Position numbers and translations under genes: made by a program
Notes under the pieces: generated by a model
What the model was told of the DNA's origin: nothing
Seen by the model: only the letters and a program-made list of their open reading frames with translations
Databases searched by the model: none
From: an uncultured Chloroflexia bacterium
Lineage (GTDB): Bacteria; Chloroflexota; Limnocylindria; Limnocylindrales; CSP1-4
NCBI GenBank assembly: GCA_963829155.1
Contig: CAWHIA010000012.1
Span: forward strand, 70,831-134,830
DNA: 64,000 nt
Reading direction: 5' to 3'
Part shown: positions 1 through 9,902 of the stretch, piece by piece
Numbering within the stretch: position 1 is the stretch's first letter
How the letters are laid out: each line of letters starts with the position of its first letter

Positions 1-1228
1 GTCGGTCGGAGAGATGCTCGCGCAGGGCGGCGTGCGTCTCGCGCGTCCAGGCGACGTTCGCCTCCGTCTCGGCCGGTTCGAGCCAGACCGACGTGAGGAC
101 CAGGTTCCAGCCGGGCTCACGGTGGGGAACCGCGCTCTCCGTCGGCCGGATCCTCGTCACGGCGCCGTGGAAGTGCTCGAACAGGATCCCCGACATCGGT
201 GACGGGATGGACCCGAATCGCTCGATGGCCGCGTCGATCAGGGCATCCGTCAGGCCGTCGGTGAAGCTCGACAACCAGTAGTTGAGGGACCCTGCCGGGA
301 AGCCGTCGTCGAGGATCCGGTTCATGTCCGGATACGGCATCTCGCCGATCTGGACCACGAGCGGCGATCCCCAGCCGATGAGCGGCGCAAGGTCGCGCTC
401 GGCCTGCGCGGCGTCGCCCGAGTGGCAGACGATCATCGCGGCCAGCCTGGTCCCCGAGCCGTCGGGCGCGAACACGAGTCCGGCGAACACCTCCAGCTCG
501 TCCGGCGCGTCGGCGACGGCGTCCCGGTAGAAGCGCAGCAGGTCCTTCGCGGCGTCGATCGGGTGGGCGATCAGCCCGCCCGTGACCATCCGGAGCGGGT
601 GGAGCCGGAACGTCAGCGCCGTGGCGATCCCGAAGTTCCCGCCACCGCCGCGCAGCGCCCAGAAGAGGTCGGGGTCGGACGACTCGGTCACCTCGGTGAT
701 CGCGCCGTCCGCGGTCACCAGCTCGACCGACACGAGATTGTCGGCAGCAAGCCCGTACCTGGCCATCAGCCAGCCCAGCCCGCCACCGAGCGTAAGGCCC
801 GCGACCCCAGTCGTCGAGATCGCCCCGCCCGTGACGGCCAGCCCGTGCTCCGCGGTCGCATCGTTGAGCTCGCCCCACAGGACGCCGCCCTCGACCCGCA
901 CCGTCCGGGCGTCAGGGTCGACCTGAATCGCCTTCATCTCGGCAAGGTCGATCATCACCGCGCCATCGGCGACCGCCCGGCCTGCGACGTTGTGGCCACC
1001 GCCCCGGACGCTGACGTCGAGCCCTTCCGCACGGGCGAAGCGCAGGGTCGCCGCAGCGTCGGCCGCGGATCGGCAGCGCACGATGACGGCCGGACGGCGG
1101 TCGATGAGCCCGTTGTGGACCTGTCGTGCCCCGTCGTACCCGTCGTCGTCCGGCTGAAGGATCCGACCGCTGACGCTGGATCGGAGCTCGTCGAGCGCGG
1201 CGGCTGAGTAGGTGGACGTCTTGTCCAT
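1..1228 (-). CDS. FAD-binding oxidoreductase (PCMH/VAO-type FAD domain with BBE-like C-terminal part); the 3' end runs off the left edge of the window
   Basis: Absent from the ORF track because it has no stop inside the window. My translation from the ATG at 1228 (reverse strand) reads MDKTSTYSAAALDELRSSVSGRILQPDDDGYDGARQVHNGLIDRRPAVIVRCRSAADAAATLRFARAEGLDVSVRGGGHNVAG...LFWALRGGGGNFGIATALTFRLHP. The frame stays open to position 1 and GC3 is very high. Confidence 0.85.
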   Translation of the reverse strand, partial: MDKTSTYSAAALDELRSSVSGRILQPDDDGYDGARQVHNGLIDRRPAVIVRCRSAADAAATLRFARAEGLDVSVRGGGHNVAGRAVADGAVMIDLAEMKAIQVDPDARTVRVEGGVLWGELNDATAEHGLAVTGGAISTTGVAGLTLGGGLGWLMARYGLAADNLVSVELVTADGAITEVTESSDPDLFWALRGGGGNFGIATALTFRLHPLRMVTGGLIAHPIDAAKDLLRFYRDAVADAPDELEVFAGLVFAPDGSGTRLAAMIVCHSGDAAQAERDLAPLIGWGSPLVVQIGEMPYPDMNRILDDGFPAGSLNYWLSSFTDGLTDALIDAAIERFGSIPSPMSGILFEHFHGAVTRIRPTESAVPHREPGWNLVLTSVWLEPAETEANVAWTRETHAALREHLSDR

Positions 1229-1479
1229 GATCTGCCCTCCTGTCATCGGTACGTCCTGAATCGTGGCCGGTCCCGCGTTCCCGTCAAGCCCGGACGGCGA
1301 GCCCGGCGGGCCGCTCGGTGGTCGCCAGCGTCTCGACCCGCTTCGGGAACGCCAAGCAAGGCTTCGATCGCCCGGCCCCCGAGCGAGAGACGAGTGACGA
1401 GCCGCTGTTCGAACGCCTCGAACGGCCAGGAGTCGGACGCCTCCTGAATCAATCAGGCTCCCGGCCGTATCTCTATGGC

Positions 1480-1878
1480 ATGGTGGGCATGATGGGGACC
1501 CAGGTCGGGGAGCTCGTTCGAGCGGCCGCGACGGGGGACGAGGCGGCGTTCACGGAGCTCGTGGCGCGCCATCATCGTGACCTGCTGCGGGTCGCCTACG
1601 TCATCTGCCGAGACGCCGCACTGGCGGAGGACTCGGCCCAGGCGGCGTGGGCGATCGCATGGCGTCGAATGGGCGACGTCAAGGACCCGACCCAGATCCG
1701 CGGTTGGCTCGTCGCCGTCGCCGCGAACGAGGCGCGCCGAACCATGCGGTCCCGCCGGCTTCCCGAGTCGGGAAGGCGCCTGGATCGATACCGGCCCCAT
1801 GGGCACGCCTCGCTACGGCCATACCGCCGTGCGGCTCCTCGATGGCAGGGTACTCGTGGTGGGTGGCGCCGGCGGTGA
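1480..1878 (+). pseudogene. ECF-type sigma-70 family module with region 2 only and no region 4; plausible coding ends near 1755, where the Kelch frame (+1) takes over
   Basis: The sequence ELVARHHRDLLRVAYVICRDAALAEDSAQAAWAIAWRRMGDVKDPTQIRGWLVAVAANEARRTMRSRR is a typical sigma-70 region 2 (2.1-2.4). The tail after about 1755 is Arg-rich nonsense. No region-4 HTH appears in any frame before the Kelch repeats. The first ATG is at 1480. Confidence 0.6.
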
Positions 1879-3205
1879 GTCCGATCCGTCGACCGCCGAG
1901 TTGTACGACCCGGAGAGCGGCACCTGGTCCGCATCCGGGAGCATGCTCCGGTTCCTCGACGGCTTCGGGGCCACGCTGCTGCGCGACGGCAAGGTGCTCG
2001 TCGGGGATGTCGAGGACCATTCGTTGGACGACCGGGCCGACTGGATCACCGGGGCAGAGGTGTACGACCCGGCGAGCGGGACGTGGACCCTCACCGGGAA
2101 GATGGTCGTCCACGACCCGGGCTCCGCCGCGTTGCTGCGCGACGGCACAGTGCTCGTGTCTGGTGAAGACGGCTCCCAGCTGTACGACCCAGCGACCGGG
2201 AACTGGACCGCCACGGGGGCGATGGTCACGCCGCGGTATGGCGGCGGCGCACCCATCCTGCTGCCCGATGGCAGGGTGCTCGTGGCAGGCGGCCTCGGGC
2301 TCCTCGACAATGCACTGGACTCGGCCGAGCTCTACGATCCGGCCACCGGGACCTGGACCTCGACCGCGAGCATGCATGTCCCAAAGGGCGAGGCCAGGCT
2401 CACCCTCCTGCCGAATGGCAAGGTGCTCGTGACGGGTGGGAGCCCCCCCGTCGTGCCACCGATGCCCCCCGAGCTGTACGACCCAACGACTGGGGCCTGG
2501 ACCGTCACCGGGGACTATGTCAGGGCGGACGCCCGATACCTTTCGCCCACGCTCCTGTCGGATGGCACCGTGCTGGTGGTGTCCAGCCACCCCGAGTCGT
2601 TCGGCGCCGAGGTGTACGACCCGGGCACCGGGGCCTGGACCGCCACGGGGACCATGCTCCGGCCGCACAACGACGTCCCGGCGACGCTGCTGCTCGACGG
2701 GACCGTCCTCATCGCGGGTGGCGCCGAATGTCGAGAAGGCGCGACGAGGTGCCCATCGGGGGCAACGGGCTCGGCGGAGCTGTACATCCCTGCCGGCGTG
2801 TCGCCACCAAACACGTTGGCACCCATCCCGAGCCCCACCCTGATACCGACGCCGAGCCCGAGCCCGAGCCCGGTGCCGCCCCGGGCAGGTCCCGTCCCGC
2901 CTGGCGAATGGCCCTGGAACGTCCGGGTCGTCAACAGGAGTTCCAGCCCGGCGACATTGTTCGTGGCCGACGAGACGCAGCAGGGCCTCCTTGGGCGGCT
3001 GGTGGGACGCGCGACCCCGAATGTCGTGGCACCCGGCGCCACCGTCAGGGTGACCTTCCTCCTTCCGGCGAAGGGGACGGACGGGTGGTCCATCTACGTG
3101 AACCCGGGTCCGGACAACGGAGGGCTGGTCGGGTCGAACGACGTGCCCCTGAAAGGCGAGATCGTCATCACCGAGGACGGGCAGGTCGGCTGGTTGAGCC
3201 CGTAG
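1799..3205 (+). CDS. Kelch-repeat beta-propeller protein (6-7 blades) with a Pro-rich linker and a C-terminal beta-rich domain
   Basis: A repeated unit (A/S)ELYDPxxGxWxxTGxM...LLxDGxVLVxGG occurs at least 6 times. The linker is PIPSPTLIPTPSPSPSPVPP. The ORF is open from 1577. Kelch-like coding already starts near 1752 (PSREGAWIDTGPMGTPRYGH), upstream of the first ATG at 1799. There is no signal peptide. Confidence 0.8.
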   Translation: MGTPRYGHTAVRLLDGRVLVVGGAGGESDPSTAELYDPESGTWSASGSMLRFLDGFGATLLRDGKVLVGDVEDHSLDDRADWITGAEVYDPASGTWTLTGKMVVHDPGSAALLRDGTVLVSGEDGSQLYDPATGNWTATGAMVTPRYGGGAPILLPDGRVLVAGGLGLLDNALDSAELYDPATGTWTSTASMHVPKGEARLTLLPNGKVLVTGGSPPVVPPMPPELYDPTTGAWTVTGDYVRADARYLSPTLLSDGTVLVVSSHPESFGAEVYDPGTGAWTATGTMLRPHNDVPATLLLDGTVLIAGGAECREGATRCPSGATGSAELYIPAGVSPPNTLAPIPSPTLIPTPSPSPSPVPPRAGPVPPGEWPWNVRVVNRSSSPATLFVADETQQGLLGRLVGRATPNVVAPGATVRVTFLLPAKGTDGWSIYVNPGPDNGGLVGSNDVPLKGEIVITEDGQVGWLSP

Positions 3206-3269
3206 GCGCCTCGGGCTACGCGAACGATTGCTAGGCTGGAGGCGTGCGACCTCCCCTTAGAACGCGCCC

Positions 3270-4134
3270 GTGAACGCGCGCAGCGACCGCGCAGGTCTGG
3301 GCAATCCGCCCAACGGCAATGCGCCACGCCCGGACGGCGCCACCCGGATCCTGATGATCGGCGACATCATCGGGAAGCCCGGGCGGGTCGCCATCGAGCA
3401 GGCGCTGCCGGGGATCCGCGACGAGCGGGGGATCGACTTCGTCACCGCCAACGGCGAGAACGTCGCGGGCGGGATGGGGCTCACGCCGTCGACCGCCGAG
3501 GCCCTGTTCGAGGCGGGCGTCGACGTGATCACGTCGGGCAACCACATCTGGGACAAGCGCGAGATCTATCCCGTTCCTCGAGGCCAGCGAACGGGTGCTG
3601 CGGCCGCTCAACTACGGCACCCACGAGGTGCCGGGGCGCGGCTGGGGCGTGTACCACGCGCTGGATGGCAACGAGCTGGCCGTGATCAACCTCCAGGGCC
3701 GCACCTACATGCAGCAGATCGAGAACCCGTTCACCGACACCGACCGCCTGCTGGACGAGGCGTCCGAGCCGTTGCCGCCGATCCGTCTGGTCGACTTCCA
3801 CTGCGAGATCACGTCCGAGAAGAACGCGCTGGGCCTGTACCTCGACGGGCGGGTGTCGGTGGTCGTCGGCACGCACACGCACGTCGTCACGGGCGACGAG
3901 CGGATCCTGCCCAAGGGCACGGCGTACCTGACCGACCTCGGCATGACAGGACCGCTGTGGAGCGTCATCGGCTTCGACCCCAAGACCGTCCTGCCGCGGT
4001 TCATCAACGCCCTCCCGACGCGGTTCGAGGTGGGGGAGGGGCCGGTCGTGCTGAACGCGTGCCAGGTCGACGTCGATCCCGCCACCGGCCGGGCGCTCCA
4101 GATCGAGCGACTGCAGCGGCTCGTCGAGGTCTGA
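3270..4134 (+). pseudogene. YmdB-like metallophosphoesterase (TIGR00282 family), interrupted by a +1 frameshift near 3572
   Basis: The N-terminal part (frame of 3270) reads RILMIGDIIGKPGRVAIEQ...FVTANGENVAGGMGLT...VITSGNHIWDKREIYP. The C-terminal part (ORF 3595..4134) reads LRPLNYG...VDFHCEITSEKNALGLYLDGRVSVVVGTHTHVVTGDERILPKGTAYLTDLGMTG. The join IYP|FLEASERVLRPLNY needs removal of 1 nt. Confidence 0.85.
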
Positions 4135-4138
4135 CGGC

Positions 4139-5044
4139 GTGACCGAGCGCCACGCGCCCACGGAGGGCGAGTGGACCCCCGACCCTGCCGGCGGAACGGC
4201 GACCGCCGATGCTCACGCCCACACGACACGCTCGGACGGGGTCCTCGAGCCCGACGAGCTCGTGCGCCAGGCGTTCGACGCCGGCGTGCGGCTGTTCGCG
4301 ATCACCGACCACGACAACCTGGCGGGCTACCGCGAGGTGGCGACGTCAGGCGTCCCCGCTGGCCTCGACCTCATCCCGGGCGTCGAGATCAACGCCGTCA
4401 CGCGCGGGCTCGGCCTCGAGATCCCGGGCGGCGAGCTGCACATCCTCGGCCTGGGCGTGGACCCTTCCGACGAGGCGTTCGAAGCGGCCCTGGCCGGCCA
4501 GCGGGCTGCGCGTCGCGCCCGCTTCGACGCCACCCTGCAGCGCCTCCGCGACGCCGGCATCGGCGTCGATCGCCAGGTCGAGGCGCTCGATCTCACGCGC
4601 GACGACGCGCTCGGTCGTCCGACGGTGGCCCGAGCCCTGATCGCTGCGGGGTATGCCGAGAGCGTCCAGGACGCGTTCGAGCGGATCCTCGGCTACGGCA
4701 TGCCCGGGTACGTCCCGCGCCAGGGCCTCGGGCCGGTCGACGCGATCCGCGCGATCCGGGCGGCCGGCGGGCTCGCCTCGCTGGCGCACTTCCCGGAGGC
4801 GACCACGCACGCGTCGCTCATGCGCGACCTCGTCGCGGAGGGGCTAAACGGGCTCGAGACCCACCACTCGTCGTTCAAGGCGCCGGTTCGCGAGGCGGTG
4901 GGCGCGGTCGCGCGGTCGCTGGGGCTGGTGGAGACCGGCGGGACCGACTACCACGGGGACTACGGGCCGTACGCGGAGAGCTACGCCTGGCTGGTGATGC
5001 CCGAGGAGCTGGTCGCGGGCCTCCGGGTGGCGCTCGGCCGCTGA
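4139..5044 (+). CDS. PHP-domain phosphoesterase (TrpH/YciV-like)
   Basis: Motifs include ADAHAHTTRSDGVLEPDELV...FAITDHDNLAGY, GVEINA, ELHILGLG and TGGTDYHG. The ORF is intact at 301 aa. The GTG start lies 5 nt after the upstream stop. Confidence 0.85.
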   Translation: MTERHAPTEGEWTPDPAGGTATADAHAHTTRSDGVLEPDELVRQAFDAGVRLFAITDHDNLAGYREVATSGVPAGLDLIPGVEINAVTRGLGLEIPGGELHILGLGVDPSDEAFEAALAGQRAARRARFDATLQRLRDAGIGVDRQVEALDLTRDDALGRPTVARALIAAGYAESVQDAFERILGYGMPGYVPRQGLGPVDAIRAIRAAGGLASLAHFPEATTHASLMRDLVAEGLNGLETHHSSFKAPVREAVGAVARSLGLVETGGTDYHGDYGPYAESYAWLVMPEELVAGLRVALGR

Positions 5045-5126
5045 GCTCGCGAGAGCTCGCGGACGTCCGCTCGCCCCACACCGCCGTCGACGGCCTGCAC
5101 GACCCCTGCACTACCATGGCGCCCGA

Positions 5127-6768
5127 ATGACGACCCGAGCCCTGCCCGTCCTCGACCTCGCGCCGCCGGTCGCCGGCCCCGCCGGCCCGCGCACGCCGCT
5201 CGACCCGGCTGACGAGCGCCTCGACCAGTTCCGGCCCGAGGTGCGCTCGCTGCCTTCGTTCTTCGTCTGGACGCTGGGCTGCCAGATGAACAAGAGCGAC
5301 TCCGAGGAGATGGCCGGGCGGCTGCTGGCCGCCGGCTGTCCCGAGGCGCCCGCGATGGACGCGGCCGACCTCGTCGTCATCAACACCTGCGCGATCCGGG
5401 AAGCGGCCGAGGCGAAGGTCATCGGCCGCCAGGGCGCCCTCAACCGGATGAAGGCCGCGAACCCCGGCCTGCGGGTGGTGATGACAGGCTGCTCCGTGCG
5501 GGAGTCGAACCGCTCGGGGCTGGCTCGCCGCTACCCGGCGGTGGACCTGTTCCTGCGGCCCGACGAGGAGCCCGAGCTCGTCGATCGCCTCGGCCTGGCG
5601 TCGGCGCAGGCGCCGGTCGGCGCGACGGCGGCCACGACCGTCGTCCACGGCGCACCCGTCTCGGACGCGACCCACCTCGTCCGCGCGCGGGCCGACGCCA
5701 TCGCGGGCGGCGCCGTCTCGCGTCACTCGCCGATCAGCGCCTGGCTGCCGATCATCTACGGCTGCGACAAGACGTGCACGTACTGCATCGTCCCGTTCAG
5801 CCGCGGCCCCGAGCGGAGCCGGCCGTTCGACGAGATCGTGGACGAGGCACGGGCGCTCGCGGCCGCCGGGTACCGCGAGGTCACGCTGCTGGGCCAGAAC
5901 GTCAACAGCTACGGCCACGACCTCGATCCGGAGTCGCGATTCGGCCACATCCACACGGCCCGGACCGTCGGCCGCCGCCAGGACCGCGAAGGCCGGCCGG
6001 ACCTCGCCGAGCTGATCCGTGCGATCGACGGCCTGCGCACCGCCGACGGCGCGCCCGCGATCCCGCGGCTGCGGTTCGTGACCTCGCATCCGTGGGACCT
6101 GTCGGACCGGCTGATCGCGGCGATGGCCGACTGCCCGTCGATGTGCGAGGCGCTCCACCTGCCGGTGCAGTCGGGCAGCGACACGCATGCTGAAGCGGAT
6201 GGGCCGCCAGTACACGATCGAGCACTACCTCGAGCGCCTGGGCCGGATCCGCGAGGCAGTGCCGGGCCTTGCGCTCTCGACCGACGTCATCGTCGGCTTC
6301 TGCGGCGAGACGGAGGCGGAGTACGAGGCCACGCTCCGGCTGCTCGACACGGTCCGTTACGACCAGGTCTTCGCGGCGGCCTACAGCGAGCGGCCCGGGA
6401 CGCCCGCGACACGCCTCGCCGACGACGTGCCCGCCGCGGAGAAGCGACGCCGGCTCGTCGAGCTGCTGGCACTCCAGGAGGGCATCGGGCTCGAGCGGAA
6501 CCGGGCGTGGGTGGGCCGGACGACCGAGGCGCTGGTCGACGCCGTGGTCCCGCCGCGGAGCCACGAGCACGACGACGAGGAGGCGGCCGGGACCTCGGAT
6601 TCGCGCGACGCGTTCGCGCACCTCCCCGACGGCGTCGCGCACCTGACCGGCCGCTCGCGTGAGAACAAGCTCGTCCACGTCGCGGGATCGCCGGCCCTGG
6701 TCGGACGGCTGGTCGGCGTCCGCGTTGAGCACGCCGGGCCGTACGCGCTGCGCGGGGTGCTCGCCTGA
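5127..6768 (+). pseudogene. miaB: tRNA-i6A37 methylthiotransferase MiaB, interrupted by a +1 frameshift near 6186
   Basis: It has the MTTase N-domain, the radical-SAM motif YGCDKTCTYCIVPF (CxxxCxxC) and HLPVQSGSD. The continuation MLKRMGRQYTIEHYLERL...VGFCGETEAEYE...TRLADDVP lies in ORF 6187..6768. It sits directly upstream of miaA. Confidence 0.9.
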
Positions 6769-6782
6769 CGCTCGCGCCGCTG

Positions 6783-7706
6783 GTGGTGATCGGCGGGCCG
6801 ACGGCGACCGGCAAGACCGGCCTCGCGGTCGAGCTCGCGGAATGGCTGATCGCCGCCGGTCGTCCGGCTGAGGTGATCTCCGCCGACTCGCGACAGGTCT
6901 ACCGCGGCCTGGACATTGGCACCGCGAAGGCCACGCCCGAGGACCGGCGCCGGGTCGTCCATCACGGCCTCGACCTCGTGGATCCCGACCAGGCGTTCAG
7001 CGTGGCCGACTTCCGCGCGCACGCGCTGGGCGTGCTGGGCGCACTCGGCGAGCGAGGCGGGATCGGGATCCTGGCCGGCGGCACCGGGTTCTGGCTGCGG
7101 GCCGTGACCGCGGGCCTCGACACCGAGGCGCTGCCGTCGGACGCGGCGGTCCGTGCGGCGATCGAGGCGGACCTCGGACGCGACGGCCTCGAGTCCCTCG
7201 CGGCGCGGTTGGCCACGATGGCGCCGACGCTCGCGGCGCGGACGGACCCGCGCAATCCTCGTCGTGTCGTCCGGGCCCTGGAGATCGCCACGCTCCAGGG
7301 CGACGATCCGCTCCCGTCGCCGCGCGGGTACCCGGCGCCGCTGGTCGGCATCGGCCTCGACGTCGTGGATCGGGCCGAGCACGCCCGGCGGATCGGCGTC
7401 CGCGCCCGGCGGCAGTTCGACGCCGGCCTCGTGGACGAGGCGCAGGTCCTGCGCGACCGGTACGACCCGGCGCTGCCGGCATTCTCGGCCATCGGCTACC
7501 GGGAGGCGTGGTCCGTGCTCGACGGGGAGCGGACGCGGGACGAGGCGATCGACGACGACGCTCGGCGCAACGTCGCGTTCGCCAAGCGGCAGCGGACCTG
7601 GTTCCGCACCGACCGCGGGATCGCCTGGCTTGATGCCACTCACGACATCGCTCGGGCTGCCCGGGCAGCCATCGAAGGGCGACCGGGTATCCTCTCAGCG
7701 CCATGA
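6783..7706 (+). CDS. miaA: tRNA dimethylallyltransferase MiaA
   Basis: It has the P-loop VIGGPTATGKTGLAVELA, plus ISADSRQVYRGLDIGTAK and IGYRE. The ORF is intact at 307 aa with a GTG start. Confidence 0.9.
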   Translation: MVIGGPTATGKTGLAVELAEWLIAAGRPAEVISADSRQVYRGLDIGTAKATPEDRRRVVHHGLDLVDPDQAFSVADFRAHALGVLGALGERGGIGILAGGTGFWLRAVTAGLDTEALPSDAAVRAAIEADLGRDGLESLAARLATMAPTLAARTDPRNPRRVVRALEIATLQGDDPLPSPRGYPAPLVGIGLDVVDRAEHARRIGVRARRQFDAGLVDEAQVLRDRYDPALPAFSAIGYREAWSVLDGERTRDEAIDDDARRNVAFAKRQRTWFRTDRGIAWLDATHDIARAARAAIEGRPGILSAP

Positions 7707-9019
7707 GCCGCGGAGATCCCATCGACCTCGCCCCGCCCGTCGAGAAGGCGTTCCTCGTCGCCGTCGACACCGGCGCCGACGAGGGCTGGACCGCCGACGA
7801 CAGCCTGACCGAGCTCGCCGCCCTGGCGACCACGGCGGGCGCCGACGTCGTGGGCGCGGAGTGGCAGAACCGCCGCCACGTCGACCCCAACTGGTACGTG
7901 GGCAAGGGCAAGGCCGAGGAGCTGGCGCAGGCCCGGTCTGAGACCGGGTTCGACATCCTGGTCGCCGACGACGAGCTCAGCCCGGCCCAGCAGAAGAGCC
8001 TCGAGAGCCTGCTCAACGTCAAGGTGATCGACCGCAGCCGGCTGATCCTCGACATCTTCGCCCTGCACGCCCAGACCCACGAGGGGCGTCTCCAGGTCGA
8101 GTTGGCGCAGCTCGAGTACCAGCTGCCTCGCCTCACGCGCCTGTGGACGCACCTCTCGCGCACGCAGGGCGGCATCGGGTCCCGAGGGCCCGGCGAGTCG
8201 CAGCTGGAGACGGACCGCCGGATCATCCGCGAGCGGATCAAGAAGATGAAGGCGCGCGTCGAGGACGTCCGCCGCCAGCGCGAGACCGCCGCGCGCGGCC
8301 GGGATCGCCGCCTGTATCCGACCGTCGCCATCGTCGGCTACACGAACGCCGGGAAGTCGACGCTGCTCAACGCGCTCGTCGGCAGCGAGGTCGCCAAGGC
8401 CGAGGACAAGCTGTTCGCGACGCTCGACCCGACCTCGCGCCAGGTCAAGCTGGGCGACGGGCAGACGGCGATCGTGACCGACACCGTGGGCTTCATCCAC
8501 AAGCTGCCGCACCAGCTCGTCGACGCGTTTCGCGCGACGCTCGAGGAGGTGACCCGGGCCGACGTGCTCGTGGAGGTGATCGACGCCGCGGACGGCCACA
8601 ACGCCGAGCACCGGGCGACGGTCCAGATCGTCCTCGACGAGCTCGGGGCGGGCGACAAGCCGCGGCTGGCCGCGTTCAACAAGGCCGACCTCCTGTACCC
8701 GGGCGCAGACGGGTCGAAGCCGGCCCCGGCGGTGAGCGGGCAGGTCCTCGTCTCGGCGGCGACCGGGTTCGGCCTCGACACGCTGCGGGCCGAGATTGCC
8801 GCGCTCCTGGCGTCCCTGTGGGAGGACATCGACGTCGCGGTGCCGTACGCGGCGGGCGAGCTGCTGGCCCGGGTCCGCGAGCGCGGCACGGTGGACGTCG
8901 AGTACCGCGATCGGGACGTCCGGGTGACCGGGCGGATGGCACCCGGGCTGGCCGGGGAGCTGCGCTCTGCGTCGGAGCGCTGGGAGGCGTCGCTGGCCGC
9001 CGAGGGCGTGGGCTCCTGA
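7703..9019 (+). CDS. hflX: GTPase HflX
   Basis: The HflX N-domain shows ELAALATTAGADVVG, GKGKAEEL, LSPAQQKSLE and IDRSRLILDIFALHAQTHEGRLQVELAQLEY. G1 is GYTNAGKST, G3 is DTVGF and G4 is NKAD. The start overlaps the miaA stop by 4 nt. Confidence 0.92.
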   Translation: MSRGDPIDLAPPVEKAFLVAVDTGADEGWTADDSLTELAALATTAGADVVGAEWQNRRHVDPNWYVGKGKAEELAQARSETGFDILVADDELSPAQQKSLESLLNVKVIDRSRLILDIFALHAQTHEGRLQVELAQLEYQLPRLTRLWTHLSRTQGGIGSRGPGESQLETDRRIIRERIKKMKARVEDVRRQRETAARGRDRRLYPTVAIVGYTNAGKSTLLNALVGSEVAKAEDKLFATLDPTSRQVKLGDGQTAIVTDTVGFIHKLPHQLVDAFRATLEEVTRADVLVEVIDAADGHNAEHRATVQIVLDELGAGDKPRLAAFNKADLLYPGADGSKPAPAVSGQVLVSAATGFGLDTLRAEIAALLASLWEDIDVAVPYAAGELLARVRERGTVDVEYRDRDVRVTGRMAPGLAGELRSASERWEASLAAEGVGS

Positions 9020-9135
9020 GCGACCGGACGGGCGCCGGGTTCGTCCGGCGGGCCGGCGCGGGCCGGACGGCGACCGGCGACCGGGTCTGGTGGTCCGTCG
9101 CCGAAGGGCGGCGCGGCCGGCGGTGGCGCGAGGCG

Positions 9136-9609
9136 ATGGTCGGCGAGGGCGGGCTGCGGCATTCGCTGTTGTTCGAGACGGCCGTGGACGGCGCGTTCAG
9201 CCACCTCGAGCTGTCGACGCCGGCCGGGCTCCTGACGCTGCACCCCGAGGGCGACGGCACGCTCCATGGCAACGCCATCGAGGCGGGCGGGATCCGGCAC
9301 GTCGTCGGGCTGCCCTGGGACGCGCGCGGCGTGGTCGACATCGAGGGGTCGGCGATCGCGGGTGGCGCGTGTGCCCTGTCCCTCGCCGGGGAGATCGTGC
9401 CGGGCGCATCGGCTCGGCGGACCCTGCTGCGCGTCACCGTCGGGCTGCTGATCACGACGGGGCCGGCATTGGTCGAGCGGATCGACGACGAGACGTGGCG
9501 GATCGCCGGCGGCCAGCCGTTCCGGACGGACGCGACGGGGTTGCCGCTGCTGGCCGATGCCGAGGCGTGGCCGCTCGAACAATCGGAACCTGCGACCGAT
9601 TCGAGGTAA
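9136..9609 (+). CDS. hypothetical protein
   Basis: GC3 is high from the ATG at 9136 (MVGEGGLRHSLLFETAVDGAFSHLELSTPAGLLTLHPEGDG...). The frame is also open and coding-like upstream to about 9030, but without an ATG or GTG, so the start is uncertain. I recognise no family. Confidence 0.5.
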   Translation: MVGEGGLRHSLLFETAVDGAFSHLELSTPAGLLTLHPEGDGTLHGNAIEAGGIRHVVGLPWDARGVVDIEGSAIAGGACALSLAGEIVPGASARRTLLRVTVGLLITTGPALVERIDDETWRIAGGQPFRTDATGLPLLADAEAWPLEQSEPATDSR

Positions 9610-9619
9610 ACCTCGGCAT

Positions 9620-9644
9620 CAGGGGCGCGTTCGTGGACGCCCTG
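9620..9644 (+). terminator. candidate stem-loop after the hflX-hypothetical unit
   Basis: CAGGGGCG-N10-CGCCCTG forms a 7-bp stem with one bulge, about 11 nt after the stop at 9607-9609. A small CGAGG-TAAA-CCTCG hairpin spans the stop itself. There is no U-tract. Confidence 0.3.
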
Positions 9645-9902
9645 TGGACAAGATCGATGCGCGCGGCTCCGAACTCGGAAACTCGTGGATAACGCCGTTG
9701 TGGCTCCCGCGGCCTGTCCCGTATGGTTCGTCTTGCCCGAAGGGGCAGCTGAACTGAAGACGGAGCCGACGGTGCTTGCATCGACGGAGACCGGGTCAGG
9801 ACGGAAGTTCCTTCGGGCGTTTTGCTGTCCGCGGGACGGTCGTCGCCAGCGACCGGTGCAGCGCGCCGGTGGGTCGACTCGTCTACCGGCTAGGCTGGTC
9901 CG

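Noticed and set aside
117-878. Long Arg/Pro/Gly-rich ORFs throughout the track, for example 117..878(-), 4875..6215(-), 6381..7643(-), 6997..8331(-), 8338..9582(-), 10641..11984(-), 16309..18387(+), 31696..33600(-) and 47829..49712(-).
   Set aside because: They overlap genes with clear family signatures in another frame or strand. Their composition is low-complexity R/P/G/A-rich, as expected for shadow frames in a roughly 70% GC genome. They show no family motifs.
9700-9830. An SRP-RNA-like motif (GGGTCAGGACGGAAG with a GGAA tetraloop) and a glycine-riboswitch-like string (GCCCGAAGGGGCAG) in the 9610-9902 leader.
   Set aside because: Only a few nucleotides match. The 3' side of the SRP domain IV (GGAAGCAGC) is absent, and the other conserved glycine-riboswitch cores (GGAGAG…, CTCTGGAGAG, ACCG…GGAC) are missing. 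I kept it only as a generic structured-leader candidate.
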